NCBI GenBank assembly: GCA_029953675.1
Contig: JAMWBK010000005.1
Span: forward strand, 930,001-994,000
Length of the DNA: 64,000 bases
Reading direction: 5' to 3'
Source of the DNA: Rhodosorus marinus CCMP1338
Lineage: Eukaryota > Plantae > Rhodophyta
The stretch's first letter is position 1, and each line of letters starts with the position of its first letter. Under the pieces are notes generated by a model. It saw only the letters and a program-made list of their open reading frames with translations. It was not told the DNA's origin and ran no database searches. Of this stretch, positions 49,681-62,133 are shown in pieces. The position numbers were made by a program, and so were the translations under genes.

Positions 49681-50020
49681 GAGCTAAAAATTGTTAGAAA
49701 TTGGATGACACTTCGTGATCACCAGATCGCAAAAGCCTTGAAGTTAAAAATTGTTAGAAATTGGATGACAGCCTTCATGACGAATGCATCAAGCTAAAAA
49801 TTGTTAGAAATTGGATGACGGCCTGCGTGATCACGCAGATCGTGAAACGTCTTGAAGCTAAAAATTGTTAGAAATTGGATGGCAGCCTTCGTGATCACCC
49901 AGATCGTCTTGAAGCTAAAAATTGTTAGAAATTGGATGACAGCCTTCGTGATCACGCAGATCGTCAAACGAGTTGAAGCTAAAAATTGTTAGAAATTGGA
50001 TGACAGCCTTCGTGACGAAC
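49681..50020 (+). repeat. Six-unit minisatellite (50-64 bp units) in the paralogue-2 promoter
   Basis: Core AAGCTAAAAATTGTTAGAAATTGGATGAC begins at 49681, 49741, 49791, 49855, 49912 and 49976. The variable parts are related to one another. Confidence 0.95.
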
Positions 50021-52955
50021 GAATCACGAAAGCTGCACCCCTTCACGAAGGCTGCAATTAAATTTTAAACGAAAATAGACCACATCGCCCCAGCATCAAA
50101 CTACTTGTAAACCCATCACGAAAGCTGTCATACAATTTGATACAAAAATCAAAATAACCGACCAATAGTAAACAGTCCTTCCCTGGCCGTCGCTTAACCC
50201 CGGGTCTATATCAATAATCACTCTATTCCACAAAGTATTTACCATAGCTCCCTCGGGTTTTGAACGGAGCTAGATATGTAAGCCGTTCTCCAATGAACAC
50301 GCAGCCTTCGCTTCGATAACGTTCTGCGACTTTTTTTTAATGGTGCACCATGCACTTCTCCAGATTTATAATGATTGTAAGACCACAAATAATGACTGAA
50401 ATAGAATAGGGAAATAAACAATAATAGTAATAAATGTCTTCAGTCAATTTTTGTGCAGATCTGGTGTGAACAGTCTTTATCTTGACGAGGTTTGTAATTA
50501 ATTGCAATTGATTAGAGTAGTTTCTTTCTAAAATGCTATAAATCTCAGACTCAATGAACCGGTTTCGGAACCAATTACATCACGAGTCTTGTCGCCAAAC
50601 GAGGACGGGTGTTTCTAGCGGCTTAAGGAGCGGTTTTGAATATCAAATTCTCGCAATTTCTCGGCGACTAGAAATTCCGCGAGCCCACATATCGGTGGAA
50701 AGATATGCCATCTGCTGTATGGGAAGACCCCATCCATCCATAAGAAATTTCATGGTATTATCGGATCTTAGCCAAAACCCTAAATCCGTCGCCGACTTTG
50801 ATTGGGTTTGGTTTCCTGATTTACATATTTTCGGGTACATTTTTCAGCTCACTTCTGAGAGAATAAAAAGATCGTTGAGGTGCGAGCGAATTTTTGAACA
50901 AGAGAATCCAGGCAAGACCTGAACAAAGAAATGTTGGAGAGGGGGGCTCGGAGATCTGAGCACAAAGTGGCAGGAGCGCTAAGGGCTTTTTCTTGTACGC
51001 TCCTCGAGATTTTCAATATTATTGAAAATAATTAACCCATCAACTCAACACAATCTTAGAACTCAAGTGCCCAAACCGATTGAATATTTTTTTGAGGGGG
51101 GGAAGGCAGTGAAAGCCTTTCGTAAGGGATTGTTTCCTCCGTTCAGATAGTTTTTGTTCAAACCTTGCCTGTAGTCCTGTGCTGACTCTGGGATATCGGT
51201 TGTGGTTGAATTGGTCAATTATGATATATTATATGTGGGAAAAAAAGTTCAATTAGCAAATGGGTCGGTCCAGGAATTGCACCGATTGGTGCAAAGTTCC
51301 CACGCCGGTAAACGAAGCAAAATTCAAGCTCTAGACATGATAAGTCCCGAGGACACTGCGCAGCTTGGCCCATGGCCTGGCACCGAAGCTCCGAAAGGCC
51401 TTTTTCTAATAGAAGCAACGGGCTGTGGAAACTTCGATTCGTGCTCGATGCTGCAAAAAGCGCTGAAGCTGGGCGTGGTTAGTGCTGTTGATATCCTCCT
51501 GAGCAACCCATGTGATCATTTGCACGACGGGCCGGCTGTCTGGGGGCTGCTCACAGTTGCCGCAGGCCTCTGTAACTCCTTTATCACGACAGTGCTTCTG
51601 ATTCGAAATGAAATTGTCAGTCGTCCTGCATCACTGTCATGGCTCTAGCACTGCCTCATTACTCCATGTAGACAGTCACAGCTCACCACACTTGAGGCTG
51701 TGACATGGAATCCTTTCGAGTGCAGCTGTAAGAACCGGCGGAGGCCAAAGCACAAAAATCTCAAAATTAAGTGGCACATCTCTCCCCAACAACCTTTGAA
51801 AAGCTCTAGGCAGGCCATTCATCAACATCATGGCCTTGATAAAATTTGTGTTCGCTCTCAGCTATTCATTATTCTGGGGTTACGTTAGTCTGGGGTTACT
51901 ATACATAAATCAATTATTATTTATGAATTATTTATAAACTGGAAATTCTCGATGCAGATGTGAAAGTTGAAGAGGAACGTCTCCAATGGGAAGGGGGTGA
52001 AAGTGAGCTAGCTATGTAAGAAGGCAATACCCCGGGGTAAGAATAAACAATCAGAATATCTGATTATACCTCAGAGGCACCACCAGTTTTTCTGAAAAAT
52101 AGGGGTATAGAGATCTTCGTGGGATATACCGGGATCGAGAGGGCCAGATCGAGACGAACAAGAAAACGTCCCACGTCTGTGTGTTTGGAGGCTGAAAAAA
52201 TCTGAGAAAATAATGCAGCCTGATGGATCCCCTTGAAATTCTGTTTTTGTTTGAGACCTTGACCGACATCTCGAGGATGCTTTTCCATTCCAAGGCGAGG
52301 CGGAAGGGGAAATGAATTGGGCCACATTGGATAAGTAGCGACGGATTTCTGATTTACTGGAAACGACAACTCATGGTGGATGTCCTAGGACAAAGAAAGG
52401 GTTGTCCGAGTTCAATAGCCAGAAGAGTCCTCGGATTGCTGATGCCGCCACTTTCAAAGGACCTCGTGACCGAATCTCAGCAGAATTGGGGGGGATTCCC
52501 GCGGATCTTCGGGGACCTCTAGTACCAGCCTCGGCAAAGCATGTTTGGTTACAAACGGCATGAAACGGTATCTCAGCACAATCATAATTCCATATCTTTG
52601 ACCTCCCACGATATCTTGTTCCTTAGAGGGATGGACTCCCTCTGAGTGTGTTCTCCACCTTCATAGCCCTGAACCTTTGAAACAGGGGCGAAACCACTGC
52701 CCGCCAACAACTCTGATGTTTTGCTTGCTTAGAGGCAAGCACCAAGAGAATACCTAACACCTTCGCTATGCCTGCCTGTTCGCCGTATCGAAAACTTCTC
52801 GAGTGCAAATCCAATCGGTTCTTATGGTTCGTACACCTCCACAAGTTGCTTAACATATTCAACTCCATGTCTACGCACTAAGAACCCCCTCGAGAAGATG
52901 GCATCAAGGGGGAACAGGATTTGCTCAGTGATTAGCCTGGGAAAGATTCGGCGTG

Positions 52956-53666
52956 CACGGCTCCGTCCCATGACAAACTAACAACCCGCACACATAGAAA
53001 TGCGTGTAACCTCCACCTTCACACCCGCCAACTGGCCGCTTTGTATCCACTAAACTACGTAGGTTACCGTATATTCCTGTTCTTATCCATATTATGTTGG
53101 ATATACGATTGCGGCACGGCAACCCCAGGAGACCAAGGCTGCATCTGGACCGCGCGTAAATCGTATAAGCAGCTCAGTGCCGCGGACAAGCCCAAAGGTG
53201 TCCGAAAACTGTGGCAATTCAATATTATATTTTTAGTCTAGGGCAATTTGCGTCGGATCTTTGCCAAGCGCAGTTAGTACATGGCTAATATTTCGCACTT
53301 TGTCACGGCTCCGTCCCATGACAAGCTAACAACCCACACATAGAAATGCGTGAACCCCAGACTAAACCCCAGACTAAAGTAACCTCCACCTTCGCACCCG
53401 CCAACTGGCTGCTTTGTATCCACTAAACTACGTAGGTTACCGTATATTCCTTGCCCTTATCCGTATTATGTTGGATATACGATTGCGGCACGCACCCCAA
53501 CGCTGCAGATGGCCCGCGTGTAAATCGCAATGCAGCTGGGTGGCGGACAAGCCCAAAGAAGGTGTCCGAAAACTGTGGCAATTCAATATTATATTTTTAG
53601 TATAGGGCAATTTGCCTCGTAGTCTTAGCCAACCGCAGTTAGTATATGGCTAACATTTCGCACTTT
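52956..53666 (+). repeat. Two tandem ~350-bp diverged direct repeats (LTR-like or non-autonomous element remnants)
   Basis: Units starting 'cacggctccgtcccatgacaa' at 52956 and 53304 and ending 'atttcgcactt'. The second unit starts TGTCACGG and carries a (ccccagactaaa)x2 insertion. Confidence 0.85.
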
Positions 53667-53715
53667 ATAGAGTCGCGTGCTGTTCTGGTTATAAATAGGC
53701 GTTTGACTAGCAACT

Positions 53716-56700
53716 TGTTGGAAGGTCAATGGTATGCGGCCCGCACCTCAGAGGTAGAAGCCACTTATCGTAGTAAGTAGAAGACAATATTGGTACCATA
53801 GCGGATATATGTATGAATTTATCTTTTTCTTTTCTGCTGCAAATATGCTCTCGCTACACGAGCGTTGTTCACGTGTATAAGAATCGCGGATACTGCCCTG
53901 GGCGCAAGTTTTGGCAGTTTTCGCTTTGCTTCCTTTTTGAAGGTGATCTCTGCCCCGAATGTGCAATAGGTTCTGTAGATTCGGCTTCGTTCCAAGGGCG
54001 TACTTGTAGGGGCTTATGTCCAAGGGACGCTCTCGGTGTTTTGTTCAGTCCTCTGGTCACTATCTCCAAAATTTCCGTCCAGAAGCAATTCGGTAAGCCG
54101 CTGTCATAGATGCAGGCCCTGATCCCTTCGGTGACCGTTCTGACCAACCTTTCTCCTGTTCCTGGCTGGCGATAAGAAGTCTGAAGAGGACTGGAGGGAT
54201 AAGAACAGATGAGAGCCTCCCAACCCCCTTCGACTGCGCGGGTTGCCTGAAGGCGAAAATGACTGGCATTGCAGGGCCATTCCCGGGAGGAGTGCGAAAG
54301 GAGAGATACCTCTGGTCTTCGTCGATGAGGCAAGCGGATGGTTAGGAGTCTACCTGCTGCAAAGATGAGGCATTGTCGTCGAGTCGTTCAAGGAGCACAT
54401 CAAGTACCGACAAACCCAGATGGGACCGAAGGTGAAGAGCAAAGTCCGACAACGCAAAGGAGTACGAATCTATGCAATACACCCTGAAGGAATTAGGTAT
54501 TGTATGGGACCCATCCGCCCCATATACGCCGCCAGCAACGGGATAGCAGAAAGGATGGTCAGAACGGTCACCGAGAGGATCAGGGCCTGCACGCATGCAG
54601 CGGCTTACCGAATTGCTTCTGGACGGAAACTTTGGAGACAGTGACCAGAGGACTGAACAAGACACCGAGAGCGTCCCCTGGAAACACAAGCCCCTACGTA
54701 CGCCCTTGGAACGAAGCCGAATCTGCAGAACCTATTACACATTCGGGGCAGAGATCATTTTCAAAAAGGGAGGGAAGCGAAAATTGCCAAAACTTGCGCC
54801 CAGGGGAGTACCGGAATTTTTAATTCTTATGCACGTGAGCAACGTCCTTGTAGCGAGAGCATGTTTGTAATCTGAAGTTGAGTTGTGCCCCCCCCTTAGT
54901 TTCGTTCAATGATCTGTGTTGTCAATTACTTTGTTGACAAACACAAAAATTCAGACCAACAGAAGATAAATTTACACATACGCGCTACTGGAGCATACAG
55001 GAAGGGCAACGTCCTGCGAAGCAAAGAAGATTCAGAAGCCTGACAACGAATGGCCAGAATCAACGGAAGAACCCCAGAGGACACAATAAGAAGAAAACGC
55101 GGTAACCCTGAACTTGTCCGAAGTGAGATTCCATGTACGACTTACTGGAGCCAACGACATGGGCGGAAGCAATTGGCGGCCCATACGCGGAAGAGTGGAA
55201 GAGAGCAGCCGCTGAAGAAATTGGGTCCCTGAGAGAAAAGCCAAAGTCGCAATTGATCCCAAAGGATGAAGTAACCAAGGGAATGAGTATCGTGAGCTGA
55301 AGGTAGTGTTTCGAGTGAAGGCCGGTTGTGATGGAGCGGTGACAAAGTTCAAAGTAAGAATTGTCGCGAAGGCATTCTCGCAAAGAGAAGGCGTCGGCTA
55401 TGGTGAAATATTTTCACCCATAGTTGGCTTCTCTAGTGTAAAGGTATTACTGAGTATAGCGGCGACTGAAGACCTTGAAGTGGAACAGGCAAAAGTCACT
55501 AAAGCCTACGTAACGGTACACTGGAGGGAGAACTTTTCAGGTACCAGCCGAGAGAGCTAGAAGAACCAGGAAACGCTGATAAGATATGCAAATTGAAGAA
55601 AAGTCTCTACGCTTTGAAGCGGTCCGGGAGAGTGTGGCACGAGAAACTGAAAGCCGACCTCCAAGCAAATGGTTTCGACGCCCTGAGAACTGACAGCTGC
55701 GTATTCAAGTGTGGAACGCTCATCCTCGCAGTCTATGTGGATGACATGCTGATCATTGGAAACATACCCGACGTGCCGAAAGCCAAGGAAACGCTACAGT
55801 CGATGTACAAGGTTAAAATGCTGGGAAAGGTAGATGAATTCCTCGGCGTCAAGATATGACGAGATCGAAGGAAGCGGGAAATCCACCTTGGGCAGCCAGC
55901 ATACGTCGAAGACGTCGTTAGGACGTATGGAATGTTAGGGTGCGAGCCCCTATCCACACCAATCATCAATACTTCTAAAATCCGCTGCAGAAGACCCGTT
56001 GCAGAAGAAGCCACCGAGATGACGAAAGAGCCCTTTCAAGCACTGGTTGGGTCGCTCCAATACCTCGGCACCGGAACACCTCCCGACATGGCCTATGCCG
56101 TTGGACAATGTGCAAGGAAGATGACCAACTTTAGGCTTGGAGACGGCTTAAAAGCAAGGAAAATTGTCACTTATCTCCGAGGTACAAGGAATCAAGTATA
56201 TTCACCTGGGTGCAGAGAGTGTGAACAACACAAAATACCAGGTGACAGGGTATGCTGACTCCGCTTGGGCTGAAGACATGGTCGATCGAAGGAGCACAAG
56301 CGGGATGCTGGTCAATTGAACGGATCAACAGTCCTGTACAGGTCGTGGAGGCAGCGCTCAATCGCGCAATCGACAACGGAAGCAGAGTATCAATCACTCG
56401 GCGACTTACTTGCATTACAACGCTGGCTCGAAGAATTTCTTGAGGAGCTGGGACGAGAAGTCGAGAGGCCGATGATAGCACATTCTGACGATAATTCCTG
56501 GCTCAGGTGGTCGGTAGGTGACGACAGCCGGACGTCGCGGCACGTGTCTGTGAAAAAGCATTGCGCAAGGTACCGTTGCACAAGCGGAGAGGTATCAATG
56601 AGGTATCTTCCAACGGAGGAAATGCTTGCGGATGTATTGTCAAAGGCCCTCACCGAAGGTAGGTTCGTCGTCCTGCGGAAGGGACTCGGTATGGACAATA

Positions 56701-56830
56701 GATCCCCCTGGTGGCAAGGACCGACGCGGTGTGTTGAAAGGTCAAGGGTATGCGGCCTTCACGACCTAGGTAGAAACCTTACCGTAGTAGTAGAATAATA
56801 TTGGCACCGTAGCGGGTATACACTATACCA
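53716..56830 (+). mobile_element. Degenerate Ty1/Copia LTR retrotransposon, rearranged and lacking recognisable gag/protease
   Basis: Integrase 'SNGIAERMVRT...SGLPNCFW'; RT 'KFKVRIVAKAFSQREG', 'LKKSLYALK', 'AVYVDDMLIIG'; RNase H 'STTEAEY', 'MLADVLSKAL'. Homologous LTR starts TGTTG(G/A)AAGGTCAA(T/G)GGTATGCGGCC at 53716 and 56732. Confidence 0.9.
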
Positions 56831-56940
56831 GGGGTAGAGCGAGTGAGGACCGCCCATCGTAGTTGGAGACTACGAAAGTTAGAGTACTTTTTGAATGCAT
56901 TTGTTGCATGGGGTCAGGGTACGACTAGAGGAAGGCACCG

Positions 56941-57950
56941 ATGTTTGCGAAAAGGTTACAACAGCAGGTCACAGCTGTTAAGGCGCCTTTGCAAGTAGGG
57001 GTGGGATTTTCCGGGGGTTGCGAATTGAGTACTCATGCCATCGAGCTGGAGCGGGCAAGCAAAACGGACTGGGGACTACCAAGGGTGCTGTTTTTGAAGC
57101 ACACACTGGAGTCCAACAAGGCGATTCCTGTGGCCCTTTCTACAGGCCTGTGGTTTGCAGCTCGTCTTCCTGCATCTCACGACAGAGGTACCGAATCTTC
57201 GTATCTGCGTTGTCACGATGACGTGACGTTGATGGGCACATCTGAGACACTGGCTCGGGCGTTGACCCTGATAGAGGCGATTGAAAGTGTAATAGGTCTG
57301 ATAAGGGAACCAGACAAGTGCCGTTTTCTCCCCCAGCGGGAGGTTTCGATGGCCTCGCTGCCCTCTAATCTCCGACTCATTGGCGATCGCGACGGGCTTG
57401 AGCACAACGGCGTCGGTTTCGGGAGTGATAGCTTCGTTCAAGCCTCTTGCGAACGAGTTTTGGTAAGATACAAGAAGCTCACCGACGCCATTGAGCGCCT
57501 ACCGGACAGCATGCTGGAATCGGCATGCTTGCTTTCCCCAATGAGCCTGTCCTCGGCTCAACTACTGGTTGCGCAGCTTTGCTCCACATCGGGGCGCGTG
57601 GATCGCAGATGATGATGCTGAAACACTGGGGAACCCCTTGGATGAACCCCTGGATCTTGAATCTGCTCCCGACTGGGATTTAATTCGTGCCCAGACCGTG
57701 CTACCGTTGCGATAAGGTGCATTTGGCGTTGCAGACCGTCGTCTGGTACGCTCGCCTGCGGCGGTCGCCTCCTGGGCTACCGCGCTTCGTACTTTGGTGA
57801 GCTTTGGGATGCGAAGTGCCTGTCTTTTGGCTCGAGCACCGACTAGAGAAGACCCCGTGGCTCTTCCGCCCCCGCTCTTGAGTATCTATGATGGTCTTCA
57901 ACAGCGTTGCCGTACCGCACGAGCATCGATCCAGTTTTCGCTCCTGGAGG
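56941..57950 (+). mobile_element. Degenerate CRE-clade element, family B (RT/thumb part); the RLE fragment at 60420-60804 may be its continuation
   Basis: 'LQVGVGFSGGCE', 'GVQQGDSCGP', 'LRCHDDVTLMG' and 'PAAVASWATALRTL' match family-B copy 62134-63860. Confidence 0.75.
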
Positions 57951-60404
57951 GAGCTGTTATTGGTACGCACTGAGGCGATTGAGCTCTCCCATTGACAGAG
58001 TGCTCGCGGACGAGGGGGAAACCAACCCCTGGCCACCTGTTCCAGATCACCCGGGTATGAGCCGATTGTGGAGCTCACGCACTGATGAGATTCAGCATAG
58101 CCTCACCGGGGGCCAACACAGTGCAGCTCACGCAATCTTGCTCAACTCTCCCATCACACCGCCTACCACCATCGCTCGCCTCCGCGGCCTGGGGTGCCAT
58201 CTATCGCACCTTACAACTGGGTATTGGAGTAAGTGGCGGGTGCGAACGCTCACTTCACGCGATCCAGGCCCATTTGTCATGCGAACCCGATTCGGTGGTC
58301 CTTAGATCTGGAGAATGCCTTTAATCGTATCGACCGACGCCTTGCCAAGCAACTGGTGGACGAGCACTTCCCGGAGCTTGCACCAGTGTATAGACTTGGC
58401 TATGGAAGCGACAACGCGGACTCACCGACGCTCTGTGGCTGGCGGTCTTCCCCCGGACAGAACGAAACCGACACCTCTCGTCTGACTCTCCAAGCAGCTA
58501 CACTAGTCCAACAGGGAGATCCACTGGGGGCGGTGCTGCACGCACTATCCCTGGCGCCCTTTCTAAGAGCGTTGCGAGCCAAGTTCCCCAACGAGACGAT
58601 AGTTGCTATCCACGACGATACACGATTGTCGGGCCGCTACAAGCCTTGAAGGCATCCCTGGCATGGGGAAAAACTGTGCTCCCCTCTCTTGGAGCACGCA
58701 ACTCGGCAAGTGCACTGTGGACAGGCGAACACTTGCCTTTTGCCGGGAAGGCATCCCTGGCATTGGGAAAAACTGTGCTCCCCTCTCTTGGAGCACTGCA
58801 ACTCTGCAAGTGCACTGTGTACGGGCGAACACTGATTACCACGCGAGTGGTCAATCATGAGATTCCTGGAGTCCAAGTGACCAGAGACGGAGTCACCATC
58901 CACTCGATACCGATAGGCAGCCGAGAACATATCGAACAGGAGTGCCGGGGGCTGCAAAATAAGCATGAGAAACTCTTTGAGGAAATTGCCAAGCTCCCAC
59001 AACCGGAGCTCACGACGCAAATTGCCCTCTTCAGGTTCTGTGCGGAAACGCGGCTAGACTATGTTCTACGACAGCTGTAGAGGACGACGAGTACGCAGAG
59101 CTGATCTCGGACCAAATCGCTCTGCCACTGCCGCTGGGGGGGGTTGGGTTTCGCTACTCGAAAGCGCGTCCAACCCATCGCGTTTTACTCGTCATGGAGA
59201 AACACCTTCCGGAACAATGGAGATGAATGGCCATACCTGCTGAACTAGAGCGGGAGGTTTCGGCAGAACGCTGACCAGACACATACGAGCCGATGGAGCA
59301 ACGATGGTCGACTTCACAGCTGGCGAACCAGATCTGTGCATCGTCGCGAGCAATACAACGGAGGCTCGGACCAGAAACCCCGCCGCGGATCTTGGCACTG
59401 ACTACCCTGCAACAACCGCGAGAAACATCTCTTCGAAGCGCACCGGGCGAGACTGCAGCTTGGAATAATGGTTCAATACAACAAACCCTCTCTCGAGAGG
59501 CACACCATTGTGCATTCCAAAGGTTGGTCACCAACCCACGAATCTCCCCTGAAAACCGAGCTCGAATACGGTCCGCCGCGGGATCCGGGTCGGGAGTCTG
59601 GCTGCGTGAAATACCAACGCTGACACCGAAAAAATTGAGTGCGGTTGAGATGCAGGTAAACGTTCGACAACTGCTGGGGCTGCCAATTCCGGGATTGCGG
59701 ACCACCGAGAAGTGCACTAGTTGCCGGAGTAAACACGGAAGGACTGGGGTACAACGGTTTCATCACTGCCCAACATCAACTGGACTGTGGCAACGTAGGC
59801 ACGACGAAATCTGCAGAGAGCTGGCACGGTGGCTGAGGCGATGGAACTTCATGGACGTAGAGCAAGAACCTGAGGGGTACTTCGAGAACTACGAACTGCG
59901 ACCTGATATCGTTGCTAGACATCCGAGGACCAAACAAAGGTATGCGCTGGATGTGACCGTGGTGTCACCATTACAGAGAAAATATTTGCGGTGGAGCCAA
60001 GGTGATAGCGGATACGCGGCGAGAGCTGCGGAGAAGTGGAAAATCGCTCACTACAAGGAAGCGATGGTGATCGAGAAACCGGATGACAAGTTCATCCCGG
60101 CAGCGATAGAGACGTTTGGGCGTACGGGGCAAATGGCACAAGAGTTCCTCCGCGACAGCTGCAAACACTTAGTGCACAGGAGTGAGGAGCTGAGAGACGT
60201 GAGATCGCAGATAAACCGGCAACTATGGCGAGGTAACGCAGAGATAGAACTAGGCGCTTTGCGCCTGGACCAGTTGGAGAATCCGCTGGTGCCTGTTTTT
60301 TCTTTTGAACGTAGCATGAGACCCCGGTAGCGGGGTTCCAGTAGGTTTCTCCCTAGATAGGATTAGACGTAGTCTTGCGCTGCAGTAGGCAGCTGCCCAG
60401 TAAA
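57950..60404 (+). mobile_element. CRE-clade non-LTR retrotransposon copy A2, 5'-truncated, with an internal ~99-bp tandem duplication (58648-58830)
   Basis: 'QLGIGVSGGCER', 'LDLENAFNRIDR', 'LVQQGDPLG', 'AIHDD'; intact C-terminal ORF 59293-60330 with 'CTSC...HHC', 'RRHDEI', 'RPDIV...LDVTV' and 'FIPAAIETFG'; 3'UTR motif shared with A1. Confidence 0.9.
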
Positions 60405-60419
60405 TCTTACGGTTACTTC

Positions 60420-61150
60420 TCTTGTGTCCTGGACCCTGCACTGTCCCGACCATCATCGGAGTGGGTCCTAAACCTGGAGACCGGGCGCTATCTTCCCACT
60501 TCTGCACAACGTCGTGGCGCGGCCACTGGTTCAATGCGACGGCTGAAGTAGTCTCAGTTCGCCGAGCGATGACTCACCCAGCGTGTCGGGACTCGGCGCT
60601 GTCTCATCGGTTTGTACAGTGATCATCGAGTGCTGTGGTCTTCTAGACAGTGTTGCTTCTCGCTGGCTTCGACAAGTTTCTCGCACTGCCCCCGGCCGTC
60701 TTGACCACCTCCTCACGGAGCTGTCTCGGACTCTCTGGCGTTCGAACGCCGCTTTATTGTTGGACGCGTCTCTTCAAGGTCTCCCCGTGCGCTCCTCAGG
60801 GTAGATCGGCTCTGAACAAATTGTAGTTGAGGTCTGCGGTGGGAGGTGCGACCGCGCTATTCTCTTGCGACGGCCTTTTCCATCGCTCACTCCATTCTCC
60901 CCGTTCACAGGATGGTGGCCGCAAACCCTACTGCCTCCTCGGGCGTCCTCGAAGTTGCGTAAGCTCGAGTCGTTTACGCGCCTGATCAGGGCGATGGCTT
61001 CACTTTACGAGCCAGCACAAATTGCGTTGTTGTATCAACTGCTGTGGCGCATGAATCCGCTTTGATGTTGGAGGCGCGAGTACTTCGCCGCGCTTAGTCT
61101 TTTTTTCCCCTCGGGGTTTTTTTTTTCAGCCTCCGATTAAACCATTCGTT
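60420..61150 (+). mobile_element. Two CRE-like 3'-end (RLE/3'UTR) remnants
   Basis: 'IIECCGLL...LSRTLWRSNAALLL' ends at 60804. A second 3' end at ~61020-61150 ('AVAHESALMLEAR', ...ctccgattaa) is homologous to 63765-63860. Confidence 0.6.
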
Positions 61151-62133
61151 CGTTGTATCAACAACGCAATTACAGCAAAAACAATAGAACCAATAATACT
61201 GCGACACAGGCTATATCGAGCCCAAATGCAAGTCGATGAATGAAGAGTTTGACTTCAAATGTGCGCGGTGATGACGATAGAGTATCTGGATGTCTTCATG
61301 AGAACAAAATGCTTCGTATTGTCCCCAAAGCTGATCCACATCAGCGATGATGTCCAAACGAGTTCGTCCCGATTGACGAAGCGATTTGGGACAGCGGTTT
61401 TCGATTCGGTGCGATGGGACAGTCCTAATGCCTCGTATGTTCTGTGCTAAACCGAAGCGCGAGGGGAGCTTTCTAGTTGGAAAGAATACGTCAGTGAATG
61501 GTGTGGGCCTCGATATCCTCCATCATCGTTCAGCACGCTGTGGCCGTACGTTTAGGAAGCATTGACGCTGAACTTGCTCGCCCTCTCGCGAGTGGCTAAC
61601 CACACGTGCCGAACCCCAAAATTGTAAGACCTGACACGACCAAGTCCTAACGAGTAGCCTAGCACTGGCAGCTCTGCTTGAGGAAGCGAGCATCCACAGT
61701 CTTGCTGAGTATTAGATCTCAAAGCGCCTTGTACGTCGTCAAAGCAAACCCTTCCCTGAGGATTTATTTTGATATTCATGCGTTCGGGAGTGATGATCGT
61801 GTGTTCGTCCCTCCCCAAAGCAGCCAGGAAGGAACTGGTGCGCAACGGTGGACCTGAATCGAGAACTCTGGCGTTGTACGGCTCGCTTGGCGATCCATGC
61901 CATGCGCAAAGATGGTAATGTTCGGACATTGCTTCCAAGAAAATGTAGTACTGCGCCAAGCTATGGGGTCTCACTTAGCCTAGCCTATCTTGCTTTTCTT
62001 GCGCATCCCTAGCACTGCATTCAGTAGTTGGAGTAAACGGTAAAAGGTGGAGTAAACGGTATAAGCTTGCTTTACGCCCTGCATAGCGCTTAAGGCTATG
62101 TTAGTGAAACGATAGTGGACCGCTATTCAGGCT

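Noticed and set aside
49681-50020. CRISPR-like appearance (constant ~29-bp core with variable intervening parts)
   Set aside because: The 'spacers' are homologous to each other (gccttcgtgatcacgcagatcg variants), there are no cas genes and the context is eukaryotic. It is a minisatellite.
50550-52900. Assorted ORFs (51202-51648, 52064-52369) and 61552-61974
   Set aside because: No recognisable domains; probably old TE debris.
53352-53378. (CCCCAGACTAAA)x2 as an interstitial telomere-like repeat (similar word reversed near 51885)
   Set aside because: Only two copies, and the telomere unit of this organism is unknown.
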